Below are positions 50,501 through 60,846 of a DNA stretch of 64,000 nt, one piece after another. Every line of letters starts with the position of its first letter. Position 1 is the first letter of the stretch. The stretch comes from an uncultured cyanobacterium (lineage in GTDB: Bacteria; Cyanobacteriota; Cyanobacteriia; PCC-9006; JAAUQQ01), in assembly GCA_963718615.1 (NCBI GenBank), contig OY970368.1, positions 4,224,001 through 4,288,000 on the forward strand. The letters are read 5' to 3'. Made by a program: the position numbers and the translations under genes. The notes beneath the pieces are model-generated. The model did no database searches. It was not told the DNA's origin and saw nothing but the letters and a program-made list of their open reading frames with translations.

Positions 50501-51439
50501 ATGGGCACATTGCAACCTGCCCATACGTCTGATCAAAATATCGCTTCAACCCTGATGGCTATGAAATACGGTTCTTCCCTTCGGCCTTGGCGTCGCCGTC
50601 CTTCTCGACTCCTAATCTATCCGCTGCTGGGGATTTTGCTCTCCATGGGCCTTTGGATGGGGCAGGCTCCCCCAGCCCAAGCCTTGAGCTGGTGGGATTT
50701 GATTCGAGGCGGCGTGCAGATTTTTCAAGGGGTGCAGCTTTCCAATCTCTCCGATGAGGACGAGATGAAATTAGGGGCTCAGATTAACGATGAGCTGGTT
50801 AAGAAAGAATTTAAGCTTTACAAGGACTCTCCGGCGATCGCCGAATACGTCAACCAAGTCGGGCAGCGGGTGGCGCAGCAAAGCCAGCGTTCAAAGCTAA
50901 CATACCGTTTTCAAGTGGTCCAAGACGATGCGATTAATGCCTTTGCCACTGCCGGTGGCTATGTCTATGTCACCACTGGCCTTCTGCAAACCGCAGACAA
51001 TGAAGCTGAGCTGGCTAGTGTCCTAGGCCATGAAGTGGGTCATGTGGAGGGCCGACATCTGATTAATTCCATGAGCCGAGAAGCTTGGCGACGGGGTTTG
51101 ATGACCGCAGCAGGCATTGACCGCAGTCAGGCGGTTCAGTTGGGCGTTGAGCTGGCGATGCGTCGTCCGGGTAGCCGCGAAAATGAATTCGATGCCGATT
51201 TGCGCGGGCTGCGTATTCTGCAAGGGGCGAACTATGCCCAAGAGGCAATGGTTTCCTTTATGAAAAAGCTCCAGGCCAAGTCGACCGGAGCCCCGCCTAG
51301 CTTTTTGAGCACCCACCCGGCTACGGGCGATCGCGTGCGTGCCCTAGAGCGAAATCTTTCTCCCACAGCGAGTGGCACCGATGGCCTAGATACAGCCAGC
51401 TATCAACAGAAAACCCAGGCGCTGCAAAAATCCCGTTAG
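50501..51439 (+). CDS. M48 family metallopeptidase, exported (start uncertain)
   Basis: INAFATAGG, GHEVGH, EFDAD and STHP motifs. Confidence 0.9.
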   Translation: MGTLQPAHTSDQNIASTLMAMKYGSSLRPWRRRPSRLLIYPLLGILLSMGLWMGQAPPAQALSWWDLIRGGVQIFQGVQLSNLSDEDEMKLGAQINDELVKKEFKLYKDSPAIAEYVNQVGQRVAQQSQRSKLTYRFQVVQDDAINAFATAGGYVYVTTGLLQTADNEAELASVLGHEVGHVEGRHLINSMSREAWRRGLMTAAGIDRSQAVQLGVELAMRRPGSRENEFDADLRGLRILQGANYAQEAMVSFMKKLQAKSTGAPPSFLSTHPATGDRVRALERNLSPTASGTDGLDTASYQQKTQALQKSR

Positions 51440-52221
51440 GCAGACTGTCGTTCGCCGCTGCGGTTCCGGGTGAGCCGCAGGGTTTGACTCGCTGCGATTT
51501 GCGAGGGATCGACGCGAGCCACCACTTCTTCAAAGGGTAGAATCCGCATTTGTTTGCGGAAAACATTGACTTGATAGACCCGCCATTGGTCAATGTCGAT
51601 CGCAGACAGCCAGCCACTGCGCGGATGATAAGCCCCAGTATCAATATCGAGCCAACCATTGCCTTGGGCGAGTTCGCCGGGTTGAACGCCGGGTAGGGTA
51701 AACGTGATGGTGTGCCCGGTAATAATTAATTTATCGAGAAAATAGGGGCGAGCCATGCAATGGAACTCTTCTCGGATCCAGCACAGTTCCTGGGTGGTTT
51801 GGCGAGAGAGGGGCAACGCCGGGTGCAGACCGGCATGGACGAGCCAGGCATCGCCTAAGTCTCGATAGAGGGGCAGGGATTTGACCCATTCCAAATGGAC
51901 TAAAAGCTGGTCCCAGTCACGATAGCTGGCGATCGTGGTGTTGCCACCGCTATAGAGCCAAGCCTGTAGGGCTTCGGAATAGCCATCCTGGGGAAAGGAC
52001 TGCAACAGCATGTGCTCATGGTTGCCCAACAAACACTGAAACTTTTCCTTACAAACCAGATCGATCACATCCGCGCTGCGGGGGCCGCGATCGATTAAAT
52101 CACCCAAAAAATGCACTTCATCGCCAGCCACGGGGCTGATCTGGTCCAACAGGGCAACCAGCCCATCGTAATGACCATGGACATCACCGATGATAATGCG
52201 GCGACGGTTGGGGGTTGCCAT
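51436..52221 (-). CDS. PPP-family metallophosphoesterase (Ser/Thr phosphatase-like)
   Basis: GDVHG, GDLIDRG, GNHE, GHT and DTG motifs. Confidence 0.92.
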   Translation of the reverse strand: MATPNRRRIIIGDVHGHYDGLVALLDQISPVAGDEVHFLGDLIDRGPRSADVIDLVCKEKFQCLLGNHEHMLLQSFPQDGYSEALQAWLYSGGNTTIASYRDWDQLLVHLEWVKSLPLYRDLGDAWLVHAGLHPALPLSRQTTQELCWIREEFHCMARPYFLDKLIITGHTITFTLPGVQPGELAQGNGWLDIDTGAYHPRSGWLSAIDIDQWRVYQVNVFRKQMRILPFEEVVARVDPSQIAASQTLRLTRNRSGERQSA

Positions 52222-52445
52222 TGGATCTCCTTGATTCAGAGAGGGCAAAAGTTCAGTTTGCGCTTGCACGCTGTGGGCTGGGAGGAATGGCACTGCAAGA
52301 TAGCGCGAGGGCAGAACCTCCCCTGCTAAATGACCCACTGTTAAATTACACAGTGTGAAAAAGCGATTGAACTCTGTACCAGCACCGAATCTGAGGGGCG
52401 ATCGCCCGAGAAAATCACGAAATTTACTGACCCCCTAACCCTGGG

Positions 52446-53192
52446 CTAACGGCTGAGCGCGTTAAAAATGCGCTGGAGTTCGGTCAAAAAGCCCGCTTTG
52501 GGGGGACGATTGGCACGATTTGCGGCGGAATCGGACGGCTCACCGCTGCTTGACCCCAACAGGGCATTGTCAATCATTTCGCTGGAGGGTCGCTGGTCAA
52601 ACGCTGCGAGTTTTTCGTAGGTACCGTCGGTTTCGAGCCAAAGTTGCCAGGGCTCGGGATAGCAGCGAAAGAGCGCGGCGTTTTCCATGGGGCGGAGATG
52701 GTAGCAGGTTTCGATGCGGTTGAGGAATCGTTCTCGCAACTGCCGTCCAGCGTAGCCAATGCCGATGGTGGCGATGTCTTCCATTTGGGGATTGAGAAAA
52801 ATGACGGGGCGATCGCCCGCCTGCTCACATAACTTTTCCACGGCCACGACTTCAACCGAGGAGGGCTCCACAAAAATAAACGTCGATTCTTCCGCTTGAA
52901 TCTCTGCGCGGACATCGTTAATGCCGCGAATGGCATAGTCGGTCTCTCCCCAATCTCGACGGGCTAGGGCTGCGGCTCCCGCATCGGGAAAGAAAATCCG
53001 CAGTTGATGACCCAACTCCCCAAAACCCTCTTGAATAAACTGCTGGGCAATGGGCTGAATTTTGAGCTCGGGGAATCGCAATTCCACCTGGAGACGGTTT
53101 TGCCCCTCGGCGATCGCCGCTTGGGTCGCCTTAATGGCCTGCTGAGTTGTCTCTCGGAGATCGTTGGGTAAGGAAACCGGTAAAGAAACCAT
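52446..53192 (-). CDS. DUF1995 family protein
   Basis: FFPDAGAAALARRDW motif. Confidence 0.88.
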   Translation of the reverse strand: MVSLPVSLPNDLRETTQQAIKATQAAIAEGQNRLQVELRFPELKIQPIAQQFIQEGFGELGHQLRIFFPDAGAAALARRDWGETDYAIRGINDVRAEIQAEESTFIFVEPSSVEVVAVEKLCEQAGDRPVIFLNPQMEDIATIGIGYAGRQLRERFLNRIETCYHLRPMENAALFRCYPEPWQLWLETDGTYEKLAAFDQRPSSEMIDNALLGSSSGEPSDSAANRANRPPKAGFLTELQRIFNALSR

Positions 53193-53259
53193 GAATCGCA
53201 GATTTGATAAAAGGAAATTTGATTGGATTTGATCTTTTTGGATTTGATCTTTCTTGATC

Positions 53260-54477
53260 TTAACGGGACAGCTTCATCCCCTGCACACTTGGGTCTGTTG
53301 TTTTGAGCTGTGGTGTTAGGCGCGCTGGCGCTTGAGGAATTGCCCCAAGCCGGTCCAAAATTTGCCGAAAGACCTCGGTAACCCAATCCACATCCGCTGG
53401 GGTTGTGTCCTTTCCTACGGTGAGGCGCAAGGCACTGAGGGCCTGGCGATCGCCATAGCCCATGGCCTTTAGCACCGCGCTCGGTTGCGATTGACCACTA
53501 TTGCAGGCGGAACCCGAGCTGACACCAATGCCAGCCAAGTTCAGTTGATAAACCAGACTACGGCCTGTCATCTCCCCACCCTCGTGCAAACAAAAACTGG
53601 TGTGATGGGGCAATCGATACTGGCGATCGCCCGTCAGTTTAACCCCTGGAATGGCCGTGAATTGGTCAATGAGGCGATCGCGCAAGTCCTGCAACCGGCT
53701 GGATTCTGAGGCTAATTCCTCGGCGGCTAATTGGGCGGCGGTGCCAAATCCGGCGATCGCCGCGACGGCCTGGGTCCCTGGCCTCAAGCATTGCTCCTGG
53801 GCTCCCCCAAACAGAACCGGGGAGAGGGTGAGGCCCGGTCGAATATACAGGGCACCGACTCCCTGGGGACCATAGAGTTTATGACTAGACAAAGACAGTA
53901 AATCTACGGGTAAGGTCCTGAGGTCCAAGGGCACCCGTCCGGCGGTTTGGACCGCGTCGGTGTGGAACGGAATCTTGGCTTGGCGGGCGATCGCCCCTAG
54001 TGCTGCGATCGGCTGAAGCGTACCGACTTCGCTCTGACCATGGATGATCGAAATCAAAACCGTATTGGGCCGCAACGCTGCCTGCAAATCCGTGGCAGAA
54101 ACCAGCCCGGTTCGACTCACCGGTAACCGCGTTACAGCCCATCCCTGCCGTTCAAGCACTTGAGCCGGTTTTTCAACTGCCGAATGTTCAACACTGGAAA
54201 TAATTAAATGTTGGGGCGTGGCATAGGTCCGTGCAACGCCCAAAATCGCCAGATTATCCGCTTCAGTACCACTTCCCGTAAAGACAATCGCCTCTGGCTC
54301 TGCCCCTAGCAATTGCCCCACCTGCGCCCGAGCCGTCTCCACCGTCAACGCTGCCCGCTGGCCCCAGGCATGGAGGCTCGAAGGATTGCCCCATTGGGTT
54401 GTGAGCACCTGGTGGAGGGTGGCGATCGCTTCCGGTCGGATCGGTGTCGTCGCGCTGTAATCGAGATAAATTTGCAT
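53260..54477 (-). CDS. cysteine desulfurase (IscS/NifS family)
   Basis: YLDYSATTP, HTDAVQ, SSHKLYGP and SSGSAC motifs. Confidence 0.95.
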   Translation of the reverse strand: MQIYLDYSATTPIRPEAIATLHQVLTTQWGNPSSLHAWGQRAALTVETARAQVGQLLGAEPEAIVFTGSGTEADNLAILGVARTYATPQHLIISSVEHSAVEKPAQVLERQGWAVTRLPVSRTGLVSATDLQAALRPNTVLISIIHGQSEVGTLQPIAALGAIARQAKIPFHTDAVQTAGRVPLDLRTLPVDLLSLSSHKLYGPQGVGALYIRPGLTLSPVLFGGAQEQCLRPGTQAVAAIAGFGTAAQLAAEELASESSRLQDLRDRLIDQFTAIPGVKLTGDRQYRLPHHTSFCLHEGGEMTGRSLVYQLNLAGIGVSSGSACNSGQSQPSAVLKAMGYGDRQALSALRLTVGKDTTPADVDWVTEVFRQILDRLGAIPQAPARLTPQLKTTDPSVQGMKLSR

Positions 54478-54546
54478 AGCGACTTTTCAGGACAGCGGGG
54501 GGTTCAAACAACCTATCACAACGACCTTCCATCCCCTTCTATCGCC

Positions 54547-55170
54547 TTAGCAGGACAAAGCCTTGTATCCCAACTCTGTAGAGACTCCATGAAGTTGACG
54601 ATCCCAGGGCTCCCGAGGCAAGGCCTTGACCTGTGCAAACTCGAAGACGATACCGATGGTTGGAATTTTAGCGAGATGCGGTTGACTCAAGAAGCGATCG
54701 TAATAGCCACCGCCATAGCCCAAGCGATTGCCCTGGCGATCGCAAGCCACCGCTGGCACCAAAATCAAATCGGCGGTTTCCGGGGCAATGGCGATCGCCT
54801 CCGGCGAGGGTTCTAGGATGCCAAATTTTCCGGCCATCAGCGGCTCGGGCGATCGCCAGAGAAACCAATGCAAATTCAAACCCACACACCGAGGAAATCC
54901 CCATTGCTTGGTGCTCCCTGGGGGCGATCGCCAGAGATAGCTCAAATCGGGCTCTTGACGGTGGCTGAAATAGGCCAGAATGCGTTGCGCTGCTTGAAAT
55001 TCTGCTGTCGCGGCGACCTGAGCACAGAGCAATTCGCTGGCGTGAGCCCAGACTGCTGGGGACAGCGCTTGACGTTGGGCAAGCAAACCCTGGCGGAGTT
55101 TCGCCTTATCTTCTGATATTTGGCGCTTTGATTCTGGCAGCGATTCTGGCAGCGATTCCGTCGGCTTCAT
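54547..55170 (-). CDS. 5-formyltetrahydrofolate cyclo-ligase
   Basis: LVPAVACDRQGNRLGYGGGYYDR motif. Confidence 0.93.
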   Translation of the reverse strand: MKPTESLPESLPESKRQISEDKAKLRQGLLAQRQALSPAVWAHASELLCAQVAATAEFQAAQRILAYFSHRQEPDLSYLWRSPPGSTKQWGFPRCVGLNLHWFLWRSPEPLMAGKFGILEPSPEAIAIAPETADLILVPAVACDRQGNRLGYGGGYYDRFLSQPHLAKIPTIGIVFEFAQVKALPREPWDRQLHGVSTELGYKALSC

Positions 55171-55342
55171 CGAAATACCCTTCAAAACCAAATATTCTCA
55201 AAGATTCTGTCAACCCCTGGACAGACAGCGATCGTTCCGTTCGCTAAAGTCCGTATCATAAGAGTATCGAACTGCGATGCGATCGCCCAGAATGGTCAAC
55301 CTCAAGCCATCAATTCAGCAATTCTGCCGCTCGGGGATGTGA

Positions 55343-55933
55343 ATGATAGAAATCCTAGCTGCCCTTTCTGCTGCTGCGGCAGGCGGTATGCGCATTGCCT
55401 TACCCCTCTTGGTCATCGGTATCATCAGCCAGGCAGGGCTATGGTCGGGGGTTCCTCTGTTGTGGCGCATCCATCCTCCCATTGTGCTTGGTATTTTGGT
55501 GAGTTGGACCCTGTGTGAATTGGTCCTGGCGAAAAGTCTCTTAGGACAACGGGTCCAGCAAATAATTCAGTTAGCCTTTAGTCCCATTGCGGGAGGGATC
55601 CTCGGCATTGCGGTGGCTTGGCATTTTGGCGTTGAGCCTTGGCCCAGCGCCATTATTGGCATTGTGGGAGGAGCCCTGGCGCTGGTGATTCAACTCGTAC
55701 AATCGGGCTGGTTTTTTCGCCTCCGGGGGCTGCCGCTGTGGGTGACGCTGGCGGAGGATGTGCTGAGCGTTTGCTTGGTTTTGTTGGCGTTCGATGCGCC
55801 TCAACAGGGGGGCATCATTGCGTTATTGCTGCTGTGGCTCGCCCTGCGTAGCTCTAGTGCTTGGCGGCAGTGGTATTTGCAACAGGGAACTGACGCGGCG
55901 CAGGGGCGGGCGGGAAAGTCCCAGCCGGATTAG
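55343..55933 (+). CDS. DUF4126 membrane protein
   Basis: LSAAAAGGMRIALPLL N-terminus; multiple TM helices. Confidence 0.8.
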   Translation: MIEILAALSAAAAGGMRIALPLLVIGIISQAGLWSGVPLLWRIHPPIVLGILVSWTLCELVLAKSLLGQRVQQIIQLAFSPIAGGILGIAVAWHFGVEPWPSAIIGIVGGALALVIQLVQSGWFFRLRGLPLWVTLAEDVLSVCLVLLAFDAPQQGGIIALLLLWLALRSSSAWRQWYLQQGTDAAQGRAGKSQPD

Positions 55934-55962
55934 GGCTAGCTTTGAAAGGGCCAGGTTTGGAA

Positions 55963-56035
55963 TGGAGAATAGGGGATTCGAACCCCTGACCTCTGCGGTG
56001 CGATCGCAGCACTCTACCAGCTGAGCTAATTCCCC
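55963..56035 (-). tRNA. trnA: tRNA-Ala(CGC)
   Basis: Reverse complement GGGGAATTAGCTCAGCTGGTAGAGTGCTGCGAT-CGC-ACCGCAGAGGTCAGGGGTTCGAATCCCCTATTCTCCA; G3-U70. Confidence 0.96.
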
Positions 56036-56102
56036 AGGAAGACCAGCAGGTCTACCTTTGATTGGGTAATATCCTACCACTTTCTCTTGAGAATTTGGGT
56101 TG

Positions 56103-56283
56103 ACTCAGATCTTGCAGCTAGCCCTAAACCGCCTTGGGATAAATCCCAAGGCTAACTGCAAAACTCCGTTAAAACGGACTCCAGAGCTGAACAGTGGCCT
56201 TGGGAACCCGTTGAAACAGGTTTAAGCGTTTAGTCTGGGGTTTGAACCCTAGGTGGTCGTCGCAATCGGTGCAAGATCTCAGT
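56103..56283. mobile_element. MITE / REPIN-like element with 14-bp terminal inverted repeats and internal palindromes
   Basis: ACTCAGATCTTGCA / TGCAAGATCTCAGT; inner palindromes CCTTGGGAT-AA-ATCCCAAGG and TCCGTT-AA-AACGGA. Confidence 0.7.
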
Positions 56284-56461
56284 TGACCTCTCGAACACAT
56301 GTCACTGGCGATATCCAATGAATATTTCACCATTAACTAGATTTTCCACACCATCAAACAGAAGTACAAGAGAACTGCTCTAGTCAAGGCAAAAGGCGCT
56401 TTCCCTTGACTAGAGTTAGGCTATCCGTCGCATTATCGTATCAGTTAATAACGGTATGGTG

Positions 56462-56484
56462 ATATAGTGTAATTATTGCTATAT
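56462..56484. promoter_or_regulatory. AT-rich palindrome (candidate repressor operator) upstream of the persulfide dioxygenase gene
   Basis: ATATAG-N11-CTATAT ending ~23 bp before the start codon. Confidence 0.35.
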
Positions 56485-56507
56485 TTTGTTGAATGAGGTG
56501 AACAGGT

Positions 56508-57206
56508 ATGCTGTTTCGGCAACTTTTTGATCAAGAGACTTGGACCTACACCTATCTCATTGCGGATCCCACGACCAAGGCCGCCGCATTGGTTGACCCC
56601 GTGATCGAACAGGTCGAGCGGGATTTCAAACTCCTTAATGAGTTGGGACTGACCCTAAAATACTGTCTGGAAACCCACGTTCATGCGGATCACATTACCG
56701 GCACCGGAAAACTGCGCGAATTGACAGGGTGCGAAGGAATTGTGCCAGCAAATGCTCAGGTTGCCTGTGCGAGTCGTTTTGTTCAGGATGGAGAGATTCT
56801 TCAGGTCGGCGAGGTTGAAATTCAAGCGATCGCCACCCTAGGACACACCGACAGTCATATGGCCTACTGGGTCAATGGCGATCGCGTTCTAACCGGCGAT
56901 GCGCTGCTGATTCGAGGTTGTGGACGAACGGATTTTCAAAGTGGGAATGCAGGCGCTCTCTATGACGCGATCACCCAGCGATTGTTCACCTTGTCCGATG
57001 AAACATGGGTCTATCCCGGCCATGACTATCGAGGACAAATGGTCTCTACTATTGGCGAAGAAAAACGTTGGAACCCTCGCATAGTTGGGCGAACAAGGGA
57101 ACAGTTTATTGAATTTATGCAGGGTTTGAATTTACCTGATCCGAAGAAGATCATGGAAGCTGTTCCTGCCAATGAGCGGTGTGGGAATATGCCCATTCTT
57201 GCCTGA
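56508..57206 (+). CDS. MBL-fold persulfide dioxygenase (ETHE1-like)
   Basis: THVHADHITG, GHT, GCGRTDF, PGHDY and AVPANERCG motifs. Confidence 0.92.
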   Translation: MLFRQLFDQETWTYTYLIADPTTKAAALVDPVIEQVERDFKLLNELGLTLKYCLETHVHADHITGTGKLRELTGCEGIVPANAQVACASRFVQDGEILQVGEVEIQAIATLGHTDSHMAYWVNGDRVLTGDALLIRGCGRTDFQSGNAGALYDAITQRLFTLSDETWVYPGHDYRGQMVSTIGEEKRWNPRIVGRTREQFIEFMQGLNLPDPKKIMEAVPANERCGNMPILA

Positions 57207-57285
57207 ATTCGTCTTTTCTAGGACAAAGATCTCTACAGTTCAAAAGATGAACGCATTGCGCCTTTTCGCTTAGGAGCGATATCGG

Positions 57286-58170
57286 ATGCTGACATGGCTG
57301 ATTGGATTATTTTTGGCGGGCTGTATTGGCATAAGCTTAGGCTTGTTGGGTGGGGGCGGATCCATTCTGGCAGTACCGATTTTGATTTATGTCATGGGGG
57401 TGCCGATTAAAACGGCGATCGCCATGAGCCTCATGATTGTAGGCAGCGTCAGTTTAGTCGGTGCAATTCCCCATGGGCGAGCTGGAAATATCAATTTCAG
57501 AAATGCCTTTATCTTTGGAATCACCACGATGCTGGGGGCTTTTCTAGGCGCTAAAGCAGCGGCTACACTGCCGTTTATTACGGGGGCCAGGCAATTGCTC
57601 CTGTTTGCCGGACTGATGTTAGTGGCAGCCGTCCTGATGATTCACCGTAGCTTTATTGCAACCCAGGCGGAGCCTAGTTTTGAGCCAAAATTACGGTCGT
57701 TCAAGCATCCCCTCTGGCGCTGGCTACAAATCACAGCCAGCGGTTTAGGCGTCGGCATTTTGACAGGGCTGGTTGGTGTAGGGGGCGGATTTGCGATCGT
57801 GCCAGCCTTAGTGCTTTTGCTCAAAACCCCCATGAAAGAGGCCGTTGGAACTTCTTTACTGGTCATCGCCATGAACTCAGCCATTGGATTTTTAGGCTAC
57901 CTCGGACATGTGCCTTTGGACTGGACGTTGATGATTAATTTTATGTTTGTAGCCGGTTTGGGCATTTGGATTGGAGCCTATTTGGGTCGCTTTGTCTCTG
58001 CCAAACAGCTTCAAAAAGGCTTTGGTTTTTTCTTGCTGATCATGTCAGCCTTTATCCTGTTTGAAAATCGCAGTGAGTTTCTAACTTCTTCTTTGTCGTC
58101 CCCCACTCCCTTAGCGCCACAGCAGAGTCCCCCCGATCAGAACCGTGACCTTTGCCCAGCGGCTTGTTAA
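57286..58170 (+). CDS. sulfite exporter TauE/SafE family protein
   Basis: GLLGGGGSILAVP, GVGGGFAIVP and AVGTSL motifs. Confidence 0.92.
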   Translation: MLTWLIGLFLAGCIGISLGLLGGGGSILAVPILIYVMGVPIKTAIAMSLMIVGSVSLVGAIPHGRAGNINFRNAFIFGITTMLGAFLGAKAAATLPFITGARQLLLFAGLMLVAAVLMIHRSFIATQAEPSFEPKLRSFKHPLWRWLQITASGLGVGILTGLVGVGGGFAIVPALVLLLKTPMKEAVGTSLLVIAMNSAIGFLGYLGHVPLDWTLMINFMFVAGLGIWIGAYLGRFVSAKQLQKGFGFFLLIMSAFILFENRSEFLTSSLSSPTPLAPQQSPPDQNRDLCPAAC

Positions 58171-58210
58171 AATCGCACTAGCTGCCGCCCAACAAGCCCC
58201 GAGAAGTCCC

Positions 58211-58429
58211 ATGGCCACCACTACCTCTCGCATTTCTAAAGAAATTCTCGATCGCATGACCCCGGATGATATCCAGGAGTTAGCCGATCGCCTGGAAACC
58301 GATAACTATTCTTCTCCCTTTGAGAGTCTCCAGGACTGGCATTTGTTGCGGGCGATCGCCTTCCAGCGCCCCGAATTGGCCCAACCCTACGTCCACCTCC
58401 TCGACAACGAAGCCTACGACGAATCCTAG
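58211..58429 (+). CDS. DUF2555 domain protein
   Basis: [10 protein letters not shown]...[17 protein letters not shown]; usual position upstream of coaBC. Confidence 0.88.
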   Translation: MATTTSRISKEILDRMTPDDIQELADRLETDNYSSPFESLQDWHLLRAIAFQRPELAQPYVHLLDNEAYDES

Positions 58430-58443
58430 ACGGACAGTTTCGG

Positions 58444-59730
58444 ATGACATTATCCCTCTCGTCCTCGACATCCTCGACCTCAACATCCTTGTCTTCAACA
58501 TCCTCCTCAACGCTGACGAATCCCTGGCAAGGTCGCCGAATTCTCCTCGCGTTGGGGGGAGGTATTGCTGCGTATAAACTCTGCGAAGTGGCTTCTACCT
58601 TGGGAAAAGCCGATGCAGATGTTCAAGCCATTCTGACGGACAGTGCCCAAAAGTTTGTTACACCCTTGACGTTGAGTACGCTTTGCCGTCGCCCTGCCCA
58701 CACCGACGCCGACTTTTGGCATGCGGCCCAGGGCAGACCGTTACACATTGCCTTGGGGGAATGGGCCGAAGTGATGGCGATCGCCCCCCTCACCGCCAAC
58801 ACCCTGGGAAAACTCGCCCACGGTCTGGCAGATAATCTTTTGACCAATACCGTCCTCGCCTCCACCTGCCCCGTCCTGCTGGCTCCGGCCATGAATACCG
58901 ATATGTGGGAGCAGGCGATGGTGCAGCGCAACTGGGCTACGGTCTTGGCCGATCCTCGGTTTCACGGGGTAGGACCAGGGGCTGGGAAATTGGCTTGCGA
59001 TCGCGTCGGCAGCGGACGGATGGCCGAACCCGAGCAACTCCTGGCCCATCTGCAATCGCTTTTGCTGCATCCCCAGCGGGATCTCTCGGGCAAACGCATT
59101 TTGATTAGCGCGGGCGGCACCCAGGAATATCTCGACCCAGTGCGGTTTATTGGGAATCCTTCCACCGGACGCATGGGCGTGGCCCTGGCCTTGGCAGCCC
59201 ACCATCGCGGAGCCCAGGTGACGCTGGTTCATGGCCCCATGGCTGAGACCGATCTGGCGGTTTTACCCAGTCTCAACCGGATTGCAGTGACGACGGCGGC
59301 TCAAATGCAGCAAGCCTTAGAACAGGCGCTACCCACCCAGGATTGGCTGATGATGGCGGCGGCAGTGGCGGATGTGCGTCCGGCGGCAGTGAGCGATCGC
59401 AAACTCCCCAAAGCCGAACTCCCCGACACTCTCCCCCTGACTCCCGTTCCCGACCTGATTGCAGCCCTTGCCTCACAGAAACAGACCCATCAGCGTTTGA
59501 TTGGCTTCGCGGCCCAGACAGGCGATATTGTGACCCCGGCTGTGAATAAGCTCAAGCGCAAGGGACTCGATGGGATCGTGGCAAATCCAGTGGATCAGCC
59601 GGAGCGGGGTTTTGGCAGTGTCTTTAACCAGGGCGTGATGATCGATGCTCAAGGTCGAAACTTTGCGATCGCCCCCTGCACCAAGCTGGAAATGGCCCAC
59701 CGGATCTACGACATTACGCTTATGCTTTAA
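58444..59730 (+). CDS. coaBC: phosphopantothenoylcysteine decarboxylase / ligase
   Basis: [29 protein letters not shown] and GFAAQ motifs. Confidence 0.96.
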   Translation: MTLSLSSSTSSTSTSLSSTSSSTLTNPWQGRRILLALGGGIAAYKLCEVASTLGKADADVQAILTDSAQKFVTPLTLSTLCRRPAHTDADFWHAAQGRPLHIALGEWAEVMAIAPLTANTLGKLAHGLADNLLTNTVLASTCPVLLAPAMNTDMWEQAMVQRNWATVLADPRFHGVGPGAGKLACDRVGSGRMAEPEQLLAHLQSLLLHPQRDLSGKRILISAGGTQEYLDPVRFIGNPSTGRMGVALALAAHHRGAQVTLVHGPMAETDLAVLPSLNRIAVTTAAQMQQALEQALPTQDWLMMAAAVADVRPAAVSDRKLPKAELPDTLPLTPVPDLIAALASQKQTHQRLIGFAAQTGDIVTPAVNKLKRKGLDGIVANPVDQPERGFGSVFNQGVMIDAQGRNFAIAPCTKLEMAHRIYDITLML

Positions 59731-59819
59731 CCAGAGAATTTTCGGTTGCAAGATGGTCACAGTCTGTAGGAATTCCTCTGAAACGGGCATACTGAAAGCG
59801 TGTTGAATTGAGACGATGT

Positions 59820-60368
59820 ATGAAGCGATCGACTTGGCGACCGATGCAACTGGCCCTAGGTATGGGCGTAGGCGCAAGTATTTTGTTGAGCACCCTGGCA
59901 GTCCGTGCGGCGGAGAGCATTACGCTGATCATTGGACCGCTCAACCGCTCGATCTATGTGAGTGAACTAGAAACCCTAGCCAATGAAGGTAAAGCCAGTG
60001 GTGATTTGGCCACGGCCCTCAAAATTGCCAAGCAATCTCCCGAAGCGGCGGGAAAATTGCTCAAACAGGAAATTCCCTTTGGTTTAGTTCAAGCCGATCG
60101 TCTGCTCACCAGCCCCATTGGTGATTCCCTCCTCGGACGCCTTGGCAAAGTGCTCGCGCCTCGTTCCTCCAATCAGGTTGGCGACATTGCCATGCGGTCT
60201 GCCATTCTGCTCTCCCTCGCGGATGATGGCAAGCTCTCTGTTCTAGAGGTTCTGCGGCGCTATCCCACCAATGCTCGGCTCAATGTCAGTGAGCTCAACA
60301 AAGCCGCCAAGGATCTGAAGGATTTACCCAGCCTGCTCCAGGGTGGACTGGGCAATCTCGGTCAATAG
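59820..60368 (+). CDS. DUF1400 (alpha/beta hydrolase-associated) protein
   Basis: AAESI...SIYVSELE...MRSAILLSLADDGKLSVLEVLRRYP. Confidence 0.85.
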   Translation: MKRSTWRPMQLALGMGVGASILLSTLAVRAAESITLIIGPLNRSIYVSELETLANEGKASGDLATALKIAKQSPEAAGKLLKQEIPFGLVQADRLLTSPIGDSLLGRLGKVLAPRSSNQVGDIAMRSAILLSLADDGKLSVLEVLRRYPTNARLNVSELNKAAKDLKDLPSLLQGGLGNLGQ

Positions 60369-60495
60369 CAGTCTCGGTCAATATCGGTCAATAAAGAACC
60401 CAGAAAAAGATCCGAAGCGTACGATTGACATCGCCGCTCATTTCCCGATGGACAGAGCTTCCGATGGACATGGCATTGCTGTGTCCATCGGCGGT

Positions 60496-60846
60496 TTAAA
60501 GGAGTTCTTCCTCTTGGTCTTCTTCCGTGTCCTCTAGCTCCTCGATCCAATGCATAATCTGCTTGAGCCGCAGCCGAGGAATATAGGGCCAGCCTCCCTC
60601 CGATTCCATATCTCGCAGTAAGGCATAGAGCCCCTGGCGGTTGGTGGGCAAAGCTTGGCGGAATGGTCCATCTTCCACCTCCCGATGTAGCTGTTCTAGC
60701 AAGCGCAGTAGTCCCAACAATGCCTGTACGTTGCCCTCCTGATGCTGGGCTAGGCTGCGAATGGCGGTGGCGATCGCCTCATATGCAGCGATTGAGTCTG
60801 CGAAACCCTCGTCAGGTGAGCGGTTAGGAAAATCCTCAGAATGCAT
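60496..60846 (-). CDS. conserved cyanobacterial hypothetical protein
   Basis: LLRLLEQLHRE...LPTNRQGLYALLRDMESEGGWPYIPR pattern. Confidence 0.8.
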   Translation of the reverse strand: MHSEDFPNRSPDEGFADSIAAYEAIATAIRSLAQHQEGNVQALLGLLRLLEQLHREVEDGPFRQALPTNRQGLYALLRDMESEGGWPYIPRLRLKQIMHWIEELEDTEEDQEEELL

